A DNA stretch of 61,651 nucleotides, counting the filler. It is 4 parts of 4 records of this genome, joined end to end, with 100 filler letters (N's around TTAATTAATTAA, not from the genome) between each part and the next. Parts side by side here need not be neighbours in the genome. Positions count along the whole stretch, not along the records: positions 19,556 to 32,116 come from SRR20825006_922; positions 32,217 to 45,355 come from SRR20825006_931; 2 more parts are not named here. One strand, written 5' to 3'. Shown here one piece after another: positions 28,683-36,676 of the stretch. Under the pieces are notes generated by a model that made no database searches, was not told the origin of the DNA, and saw only the letters and a list, made by a program, of their open reading frames with translations. Position numbers and translations under genes: made by a program. Numbering within the stretch: the first letter of the stretch is position 1; the number at the start of each line of letters is the position of its first letter.

Positions 28683-30779
28683 TTAGCGTACAAAAGCATT
28701 GGCCATACCACCGTCTACGTTGATGGTATTTCCGGTACTTTTTTGCAGTACGCCCACACAGGCAAAAACACCGTCAGCAATATCATCTGGCAGGATGATC
28801 TCGTTAAGCAAATTACGTTTTGCGTAGTGCGCAGGTAAGTCTTTAACTTCAATACCGTACGCTTTTGCACGACCTTCGGCCCAAGCGCCTTCCCAGATTT
28901 TGCTACCTACGATAACACCATCAGGGTTTACGGTATTTACACGAATTTTATCACCGCCTAATTCTGCAGCGAGTAGGCGTGTCATATGTTGTTGAGCCGC
29001 TTTTGCAGTACCATAACCTACGTTGTTTGGTCCTGAAACGAGTCCGTTTTTACTTGCGATATTCACAATGTCACCGCCTAAGCCTTGCTTACGCATAATT
29101 GCAACACCTTCCTGAGCCATTAAGAACTGTCCCTTGACGAGTACATTCTGTAAAAGATCCCAATCTTTTTGCGTCGTATCTTCTAATGCTTTAGAAATTG
29201 CTAATCCTGCAGAGTGGATCACGATATCTACACCACCAAAGGCTAAACAAGCTTCTTTATAGGCTTTTTTAATAGCTTCTTTACTGGTAACATCGCAAAC
29301 CGCACCGGCAACTTGATCTTTTTTATAGGTCACAACAGCTTCTTTTAAAGCTTCCTCGCTCATATCGGTAAGTACGACATTAGCACCTTCAGCAACAAGC
29401 TTATCTGCGATCGCTTTACCAATTCCGCCGGCAGCACCGGTAACTAAAGCTACTTTGCGAGAAAGCGGTTGCTCTTTAGGCATACGTTGCAATTTTGCTT
29501 CTTCAAGCAACCAATATTCGATATCGAATGCTTCTTGGCGTGGCAATGAAGTATAGCTCGTAATCGCTTCTGCACCGCGCATTACGTTGATGGCGTTGAT
29601 GTAGAATTCGCTCGCTACACGTGTGGTTTGTTTATTTTTAGCAAAGCTGAACATTCCCACTCCGGGGAAGATGATGATCACCGGGTTAGGATCACGCATC
29701 GCCGGACTGTTATCGTGTTTACAGCTTTCGTAATAGTCTTTATATTCTTGACGGTATTGCTCAAAAGAAGGCTCCAGTTTAGCTAATACTGCTTCGGTGT
29801 CGTCAAGATCTGCGTTTTTATCTAAGTCCAGAATTAATGGCTGAATCTTAGTACGCAAGAAGTGGTCTGGGCACGAAGTTCCCATTGGAGCTAATTTTTC
29901 CAGATCATTGCTGTTGATGAATTGAAGCACCGTGTCACTATCAGTAAAATGGCCTATCATACGATTTTCAGAAGAAGCAAGTCCGCGTAGGAGCGGCATT
30001 AATTTAGCGGCCTGATCCTTTCGCTGATCTGCCGGTAAACTTTCGATCTTTTGTCCGCCAAATACGCTTCCGTTTTCCTTTACCTTTTTTTCGATATAAG
30101 AAGAAGCCTTCTCGATCACTTCAAGACTATTGATATAGCATTCGTAAGAAGTATCTCCCCAAGTGAATAAACCGTGGCTTCCTAGGACAATTCCGCGGAT
30201 TCCAGGGTTTTCATTCAGGCATTTTTCCAGCTGAAGGCCAAGGTCAAAGCCAGGTCGCTGCCAAGGCACCCAACCCATTGTGTCACCCCAAATTTCTTTA
30301 GTGATTTTCTCACTGTCTTCTGCTGCAGCAATAGCAATAAGCGCATCAGGATGCAGGTGATCTATGTGTGCAAAAGGAAGTAAGCCGTGAAGAGGCGTAT
30401 CAATAGAAGGTGCTTTTGAATCTAAGTCGTAAATACAATGATTAAAAAGACCTACCATACGATCTTCATCTTCCAGACCGCCGTAAACATTTTTAAGGTT
30501 TCTTAGGCGCTCTGTATATAAACCGGCAATTCCTTGTCTGGTTAGTGTACCTATATCACCTCCAGAACCTTTTACCCACATCACTTCGACGTCTTCATTA
30601 GTAAGCGGATCTTTTTCTATGGTTTTGCAGCTGGTATTACCGCCGCCGTAATTTGTTATTCTTAAATCTGCGCCAAGGATGTTAGAGCGATACAGAAAAA
30701 GAGCAACCTGATCGTCTCCTAATTCTGCCGCTTTTTGTTCATCCCAAAGATAATCTACGTGGCTAAAAGTTTTTTCCAT
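28683..30779 (-). CDS. rhaEW: Bifunctional rhamnulose-1-phosphate aldolase / short-chain (lactaldehyde) dehydrogenase, RhaEW type
   Basis: TNYGGGNTS, KGSGGD, APSIDTPLH, HLHPD, GTSCPDHFLRTK, EYWLLEEAKL, then an SDR domain (TGAAGGIG, YGTAK). Start moved to 30779. Confidence 0.92.
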   Translation of the reverse strand: MEKTFSHVDYLWDEQKAAELGDDQVALFLYRSNILGADLRITNYGGGNTSCKTIEKDPLTNEDVEVMWVKGSGGDIGTLTRQGIAGLYTERLRNLKNVYGGLEDEDRMVGLFNHCIYDLDSKAPSIDTPLHGLLPFAHIDHLHPDALIAIAAAEDSEKITKEIWGDTMGWVPWQRPGFDLGLQLEKCLNENPGIRGIVLGSHGLFTWGDTSYECYINSLEVIEKASSYIEKKVKENGSVFGGQKIESLPADQRKDQAAKLMPLLRGLASSENRMIGHFTDSDTVLQFINSNDLEKLAPMGTSCPDHFLRTKIQPLILDLDKNADLDDTEAVLAKLEPSFEQYRQEYKDYYESCKHDNSPAMRDPNPVIIIFPGVGMFSFAKNKQTTRVASEFYINAINVMRGAEAITSYTSLPRQEAFDIEYWLLEEAKLQRMPKEQPLSRKVALVTGAAGGIGKAIADKLVAEGANVVLTDMSEEALKEAVVTYKKDQVAGAVCDVTSKEAIKKAYKEACLAFGGVDIVIHSAGLAISKALEDTTQKDWDLLQNVLVKGQFLMAQEGVAIMRKQGLGGDIVNIASKNGLVSGPNNVGYGTAKAAQQHMTRLLAAELGGDKIRVNTVNPDGVIVGSKIWEGAWAEGRAKAYGIEVKDLPAHYAKRNLLNEIILPDDIADGVFACVGVLQKSTGNTINVDGGMANAFVR

Positions 30780-30810
30780 TTTTAGTTTGTAAAGGTTATA
30801 GCATCTGACC

Positions 30811-30855
30811 CAAAAATAGATGTAAACAAAAAGGATAGCATCCTGTGCTGTACTG
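30811..30855 (-). promoter_or_regulatory. Promoter (-7 TATTTTTG) and candidate operator of the rhamnose operon
   Basis: TAnnTTTG at 30818-30811; palindrome AGGAT-AGC-ATCCT at 30832-30844, extended by CAGTA-CAGCA-CAGGA on the minus strand. Confidence 0.55.
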
Positions 30856-30928
30856 CAACATATTTGTTTTAATACGCTAATCTTTTGATTAGTTTTACAA
30901 AACACAAACAAACACACGCTTCTTATCT

Positions 30929-31975
30929 ATGTCTCAAAATGTAAACATTAGTATTAATGAAGATTCTCGAATACCCAAATACAAGCAGATCGTTGACTCT
31001 ATAATTAATGATGTAGCGAAAGGAAAATTAAAGATTGGGGAGAAAATTCCATCTATCAATGAACTGAGTGAATCTGCTTATTTAAGTAGGGATACTGTTG
31101 AAAAGGCGTATAAGATTTTAAAAGAGCGCAAGGTGATCATTTCGGTGAAAGGGAAAGGCTACTATACCGCTAAAACCGAACTGATTTCGCGTATTAATGT
31201 ATTTTTCCTCATCAATAAGCCCAGTTCTTATAAGATGATGATCTTTAATCATTTTGTGAACACTTTAGGCGTAAATGCGCACGTAAACCTGTATATCTAT
31301 CACTGTGAAGAGTCTCTGTTTGTTAATGCTATTGAGAAGAATCTTGGTGCGTATAACTATTACGTTATCATGCCGCATTTTAAAGACAATGATCTCAACC
31401 ACATAAGTTTTACGCCCGAAGTATTGAAAGCCATTGAGCTAATTCCTAAAGATCAATTGCTAATGGTAGATAACACCAAGCCTGAGATCAAGGGTAATTA
31501 TGGTTCTATCTATCAGGATTTTAAAGAAGATATTTTTAACGCGCTCAAAGAAGGAATGGATAAGCTGAAAAAGTACGACAAGCTTATTTTAGTTTATCCT
31601 GAAAAACTTATTCATCCGTATCCACGCCGCATCATGCACGGCTTTAAGCAATTTTGTATGCAATATGATTTTGAGTACGAAATTCTCAACGAGATCTACG
31701 ATGATATGGATTTTGAAAGTCGCGATGTCTACATCACGATCGAAGAAATGGACTTGGTTAATCTTGTACGTCAGATACGCGAGCGCAATTTGACTATGGG
31801 TAAAGATATTGGCGTGATTTCTTACAACGAAACACCGTTAAAAGAATTACTAGGCATCACCGTGATCAGTACCGATTTTAAAGCGATGGGCGAGACCGCT
31901 GCATATATGGTGCTTAAAAACAAAAAAGAAAAGGTCAAAAACGTATTTAAATACATTGAGCGCAACAGCGTTTAA
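30929..31975 (+). CDS. GntR-family regulator with C-terminal sugar-binding (LacI/PBP-like) domain
   Basis: PKYKQIVDSI...IPSINELS...SRDTVEKAY...GKGYY wHTH; DIGVISYNETPLKE..GITVISTDF; divergent from the rha operon. Confidence 0.9.
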   Translation: MSQNVNISINEDSRIPKYKQIVDSIINDVAKGKLKIGEKIPSINELSESAYLSRDTVEKAYKILKERKVIISVKGKGYYTAKTELISRINVFFLINKPSSYKMMIFNHFVNTLGVNAHVNLYIYHCEESLFVNAIEKNLGAYNYYVIMPHFKDNDLNHISFTPEVLKAIELIPKDQLLMVDNTKPEIKGNYGSIYQDFKEDIFNALKEGMDKLKKYDKLILVYPEKLIHPYPRRIMHGFKQFCMQYDFEYEILNEIYDDMDFESRDVYITIEEMDLVNLVRQIRERNLTMGKDIGVISYNETPLKELLGITVISTDFKAMGETAAYMVLKNKKEKVKNVFKYIERNSV

Positions 31976-32056
31976 TATTAATTGTAAAATATACGTTTAT
32001 CATAACAGTACAGGATAGCTTATTAGGTTAAGAATTGTAATTTTCATTTTTATTGG

Positions 32057-32106
32057 CGAGGCCAAAGGCTTTAAGACGCCGGCCCAATAGCTATCGGGAT
32101 GCCTCG
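32057..32106. repeat. REP-like palindromic element at contig end
   Basis: CCCAATAGCTATCGGG (near-perfect CCCGATAGCTATCGGG palindrome) nested within CGAGGC...GCCTCG. Confidence 0.55.
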
Positions 32107-32116
32107 AAATTGAAAA

Positions 32117-32216
32117 NNNNNNNNNNNNNNNNNNNNNNNNNNNNNNNNNNNNNNNNNNNNTTAATTAATTAANNNNNNNNNNNNNNNNNNNNNNNNNNNN
32201 NNNNNNNNNNNNNNNN
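32117..32216. other. Artificial contig linker
   Basis: 44 N + TTAATTAATTAA + 44 N. Confidence 0.99.
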
Positions 32217-32518
<302 letters not shown>

Positions 32519-32626
32519 TTAACTTTTTCTAAAAATTACACTAACTGAAAAACAATTTATATATTTGCTCGTTACACAATTAGTTGCTACAACAATTTAT
32601 GTGGCAAAAATAGAATTTTTAAACTA

Positions 32627-33604
32627 ATGACGAAGGTAAAATATTATTACGATTCTGAAACATTATCTTACAGAAGGATTGAGCCTAAAAAAGGTAAAAA
32701 GGTTGTAAATATTAGTTTGTTTGTACTCGCTGCCTTTTTATTTGGTGGAATTTGTTTACTTATTCTATTAAATACTAATTTGGTAAACACTCCAAAAGAA
32801 CTCTCCCAAGCTAGAGAATTAAAAAATTATGAATTTCAATTTGAGCTATTAGAAAATAAAATGACTCAAATGGAAGAAGTGCTAGCAAATATTGAAGATC
32901 GAGATAATAATATTTACAGACTTTACTTTGAAGCAAGTCCGATTCCAAAAGAACAACGAACCGCTGGTTTTGGAGGAGTTAATAGATATAGAAGTTTAGA
33001 AGGATTTAATAATTCTGATTTAATAATAGACGCTACCGAGAAACTTGAAAAATTACAAAAGAGATTAGTAATCCAATCTAAATCTTTAGATGAGATAACT
33101 AGTCTTGCTAAAGAAAAAGAAAAACTATTGGCAGCAATTCCAGCAATTCAACCAGTAAGCAACGAAGATCTTACAAGAATGGCTTCTGGTTATGGTTGGC
33201 GTTCCGACCCATTTACTAAAGTTAGAAAAATGCATTATGGAATGGATTTTACTGCGCCAAGAGGAACTCCAGTTTATGCAACTGGAGACGGGGTTGTAAC
33301 TCGTGCAGACAACAGGTCTTCGGGTTATGGAGAACATATTAGAATTGACCATGGCTTTGGCTATATGAGTCTTTATGGGCATTTAAGTAAATATAAAGTT
33401 CGTCCAGGGCAAAAAGTAAAAAGAGGTGATTTAATTGGCCTTGTTGGAAGCACAGGAAGATCTCAAGCACCTCATTGCCACTATGAAGTTTGGAAAGACG
33501 GCAACCGAATTAATCCGATTAATTTCTACTACGGAAGTTTATCTGCGGATGAATACGAAGCTTTATTACATGCTGCATCACAAGAAAACCAATCTCTTGA
33601 CTAA
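32627..33604 (+). CDS. M23-family metallopeptidase
   Basis: N-terminal TM and coiled coil; MHYGMDF (HxxxD), YGHLS, APHCHYEV (HxH). Confidence 0.93.
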   Translation: MTKVKYYYDSETLSYRRIEPKKGKKVVNISLFVLAAFLFGGICLLILLNTNLVNTPKELSQARELKNYEFQFELLENKMTQMEEVLANIEDRDNNIYRLYFEASPIPKEQRTAGFGGVNRYRSLEGFNNSDLIIDATEKLEKLQKRLVIQSKSLDEITSLAKEKEKLLAAIPAIQPVSNEDLTRMASGYGWRSDPFTKVRKMHYGMDFTAPRGTPVYATGDGVVTRADNRSSGYGEHIRIDHGFGYMSLYGHLSKYKVRPGQKVKRGDLIGLVGSTGRSQAPHCHYEVWKDGNRINPINFYYGSLSADEYEALLHAASQENQSLD

Positions 33605-33933
33605 TGCATATAAATCTTCCAGAAAAATTATATTACAGCATTGGAGAAGTTGCAAAAGCCTTTGATGTAAACACTTCCTTAATTAGATTTTGGGATAAAG
33701 AATTTGATATTCTAAAACCAAAAAAAAACGCAAAAGGAAACAGAAAGTTTACTCAAGAAGATTTAAAAAACTTGAGTCTTATTTACCATTTAGTAAAAGA
33801 ACGAGGCTTTACTCTGGAAGGTGCAAAACTTCACTTAAAAGAGCAAAAACAAAAAGCACTTTCTAATTATGAGATTATTCGTAAATTAGAAGGAGTTAAG
33901 GCTGAGCTCACTAAAATTAAAGATCAATTATAA
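33604..33933 (+). CDS. MerR-family HTH regulator
   Basis: YYSIGEVAKAFDVNTSLIRFWDKEF, GNRKF, GFTLEGAK. Confidence 0.9.
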   Translation: MHINLPEKLYYSIGEVAKAFDVNTSLIRFWDKEFDILKPKKNAKGNRKFTQEDLKNLSLIYHLVKERGFTLEGAKLHLKEQKQKALSNYEIIRKLEGVKAELTKIKDQL

Positions 33934-34040
33934 AATTATTTCTCTATTCCGATTTTATTGCTGAATTTTGAAGAATCTTTTTTAAGAGAGGAGCATCCCC
34001 AGCTACAACAAAAATTAACAACTTAATAAAATATCGAAAA

Positions 34041-34643
34041 ATGAAAAAGTGGATTATTGGTTTAATTGTATTGGCTATAATAGGTTTTGGAGTCTACAAC
34101 TGGGCTGTAGGTTTTAATAACAAAGCCATTAATTTAAATGAAAATGTTTCTGAGGCATGGGGTAATGTACAAACTGCTTACCAACGTAGAAATGACCTTA
34201 TCGGAAATTTAGTTAATACCGTAAAAGGAGCAGCAGATTTTGAAAGAAATACACTTACCGATGTTATTGAAGCCAGAGCAAAAGCTACTTCAGTAAATAT
34301 TAACCCAGAGAATATCACTCCAGAACAGCTAGAACAATTTAACCAAGTTCAAGGTGGATTGAGTGGTGCTTTAAGTAGACTTTTAGTAAGTGTAGAGCGC
34401 TATCCAGAGCTAAAGGCAAACCAAAACTTTTTGAAATTACAAGACGAACTTACCAGTACTGAAAACAGTATTCAAACTGCTAGAGTTAGATTTAATGAAG
34501 CTATCAAGCCTTATAACAACCATGTAAAAACCTTCCCTAATTCTATATTAGCTGGCTGGTTTGGTTTTGAAGGCAAACCATATTTTGATGCTGAAGCAGG
34601 CGCAGAAAAACCTGTTGATGTTGAATTTGATTTTGACAAATAA
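34041..34643 (+). CDS. lemA: LemA family protein
   Basis: AWGNVQTAYQRRNDLIGNLV, ERYPELKANQNF, TENSIQTARVRFN, TFPN. Confidence 0.94.
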   Translation: MKKWIIGLIVLAIIGFGVYNWAVGFNNKAINLNENVSEAWGNVQTAYQRRNDLIGNLVNTVKGAADFERNTLTDVIEARAKATSVNINPENITPEQLEQFNQVQGGLSGALSRLLVSVERYPELKANQNFLKLQDELTSTENSIQTARVRFNEAIKPYNNHVKTFPNSILAGWFGFEGKPYFDAEAGAEKPVDVEFDFDK

Positions 34644-34650
34644 AACATTT

Positions 34651-34679
34651 AGGTGCTGTGTAACAACAGCACCTTTTTT
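34651..34679 (+). terminator. Rho-independent terminator-like hairpin after lemA
   Basis: AGGTGCTGT-GTAACA-ACAGCACCT-TTTTT. Confidence 0.75.
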
Positions 34680-34707
34680 ATAATAAACTCATTTAAGTTA
34701 TAAACAC

Positions 34708-35151
34708 ATGAAATCATCTAAAGTAGAAGCATTCCTTTCTTCCGAAGAAGAGAAAGAGATTGTAGATGCCATCCGACAAGCAGAAAAAGAAACTTCTGGA
34801 GAAATTCGTGTTCATATAGAAGCTTCTAGTAAAAAAGATCCTTTAAAAAGAGCCAATGAAATTTTTCATATGCTAAAAATGGACAATACTAAGGATGAAA
34901 ATGGAGTTTTGATTTATGTTGCCACAGACGATAAAACCTTTGCCATATACGGAGACAAAGGAATTGACAAGGCAGTTCCTAACGGTTTTTGGGATAGCAC
35001 CAAAGACATTATACAAACACACTTTCGAAATAACCATTTTAAGGATGGGCTTGTTGAAGGAATTTTAAAAGCTGGAGTAGAATTGCAAAAGCATTTTCCA
35101 TGGCAACACGACGATGTAAATGAATTATCAGACCAAATCTCCAAAAGCTAA
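34708..35151 (+). CDS. TPM-domain protein
   Basis: AEKETSGEIRVHIE, NGVLIYVA, GDKGI, NELSDQIS. Confidence 0.88.
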   Translation: MKSSKVEAFLSSEEEKEIVDAIRQAEKETSGEIRVHIEASSKKDPLKRANEIFHMLKMDNTKDENGVLIYVATDDKTFAIYGDKGIDKAVPNGFWDSTKDIIQTHFRNNHFKDGLVEGILKAGVELQKHFPWQHDDVNELSDQISKS

Positions 35152-35157
35152 ATTTTG

Positions 35158-35958
35158 ATGCAAAAACAAAAATTCGCCTTTCTATTATTTTTCTTAGCAT
35201 GTATCTCTTTACAATCGATATATGCTCAATTTGATATTCCAAAATTACCCGAAAAACAAACTAGTGTTTATGACTATGCAAACGTATTTTCTGCTTCAGA
35301 AAAAACAGCATTAGAACAAAAGCTTATTAATTATGCTGACACTACTAGTACGCAAATTGTAATTGCTACGGTTCCTACAATAAATGGTGAAAATATAGGT
35401 ATGCTTGCTCCTAAATGGGCACACGAATGGAAAGTAGGACAATCCAAAGAAGATAATGGCGTTTTTATTTTATTAGCTGAAAAAGAACGTAAAATATGGA
35501 TTTCTCCAGGGTATGGTTTAGAGCAAAAGCTAACCGCTGGAATTAATGGAGAGATTATAAGAAATATAATTATTCCAGAGTTTAAAAAAGGCGATTATTA
35601 CAGCGGATTAAATAAAGGAACAGATGCCCTTATCGACCTTTTTGCAGGTACTTATAAAGGCACTCCAAAGCCAAGAAGCGGAAAATCTTCTGGAGGTGGC
35701 GGTAGCGGATTTATTTTCCTCTTTATCATCTTTATAATTATTATGATTATTCTTTCTAGAAACAATCGTGGAGGTGGAAACCGTGGTCGTAGAGGTGGCG
35801 GTTTCGATTTAATGGACATGATTATACTTAGTAATCTTGGTCGTGGTGGTGGAAGCTTCGGCGGAGGTTCTTCTGGAGGTGGCTTCGGTGGAGGCGGATT
35901 TGGTGGCGGCTTCGGCGGCGGTGGTTTTAGTGGTGGCGGCGCTGGCGGTAGTTGGTAG
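35158..35958 (+). CDS. TPM-domain (YgcG-like) membrane protein with Gly-rich tail
   Basis: VYDYANV, STQIVIATV, DNGVFILLA, GYGLE, a TM helix, and the GGGFSGGGAGGSW terminus. Confidence 0.9.
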   Translation: MQKQKFAFLLFFLACISLQSIYAQFDIPKLPEKQTSVYDYANVFSASEKTALEQKLINYADTTSTQIVIATVPTINGENIGMLAPKWAHEWKVGQSKEDNGVFILLAEKERKIWISPGYGLEQKLTAGINGEIIRNIIIPEFKKGDYYSGLNKGTDALIDLFAGTYKGTPKPRSGKSSGGGGSGFIFLFIIFIIIMIILSRNNRGGGNRGRRGGGFDLMDMIILSNLGRGGGSFGGGSSGGGFGGGGFGGGFGGGGFSGGGAGGSW

Positions 35959-35986
35959 CTATACTGAGCTTAAGAAAACTACCTCT

Positions 35987-36535
35987 ATGAAAAAAATATT
36001 ATTCATTTTCATTTTATTCATCACCTACAGTTGTACAGAAAATAAAAAGTCTAGGCTAATATCTCAATATTATGAAGGGTTTAAAAACTCTGACTTTAAC
36101 CAAATACGGAGTACAGTATCTGATACACTTATAATTACTGAAGGTGACTATATAATGACCTACTCACCAGATAACTATTACGACCATTTTAAATGGGACT
36201 CAACCTTCAAACCAACTTATAATTTGGTTGCCATAGAAAGTCAGGATAATACAATCACTACTACTGTCTCTGTAAGCTCTATAAGGTTTAAATTCCTAAA
36301 AAACGATCCTCTTATCTGTAAATATAAGTTTGCATTTAATTCAGGAAAAATAATCAAAATAGAAAATTTAGATTGTATTGACGTAAACTGGAAGCTATGG
36401 GAAAAAGAAAGAGATTCTTTAGTTAATTGGGTCAAATTAAATCACCCCGAACTAGATGGTTTTATTAATAATATAAATGCGCAGGGGGCTAAAGATTATG
36501 TAAAGGCTATCGAATTATATAACACAAAAGACTAA
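35987..36535 (+). CDS. Hypothetical lipoprotein, possibly NTF2/SnoaL-like
   Basis: MKKILFIFILFITYSC lipobox; ISQYYEGFKNSDF is an NTF2-like start. Start moved to 35987. Confidence 0.65.
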   Translation: MKKILFIFILFITYSCTENKKSRLISQYYEGFKNSDFNQIRSTVSDTLIITEGDYIMTYSPDNYYDHFKWDSTFKPTYNLVAIESQDNTITTTVSVSSIRFKFLKNDPLICKYKFAFNSGKIIKIENLDCIDVNWKLWEKERDSLVNWVKLNHPELDGFINNINAQGAKDYVKAIELYNTKD

Positions 36536-36676
36536 AATCTCAAAGTAGATGTCTCTTGCCTTAGTTTACTTTTACTTCTTTTCTCTTTCTAAATTTATGT
36601 AAAAATCTATTATACAAATCTAAAGGCACTTGTCAAAGCTAATTAATATACAAAATTAATAGCGTCCAAAATGTTT

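Noticed and set aside
35830..35958. GGT/GGC-rich tandem-like sequence
   Set aside because: Encodes the normal Gly-rich tail of TPM/YgcG proteins.
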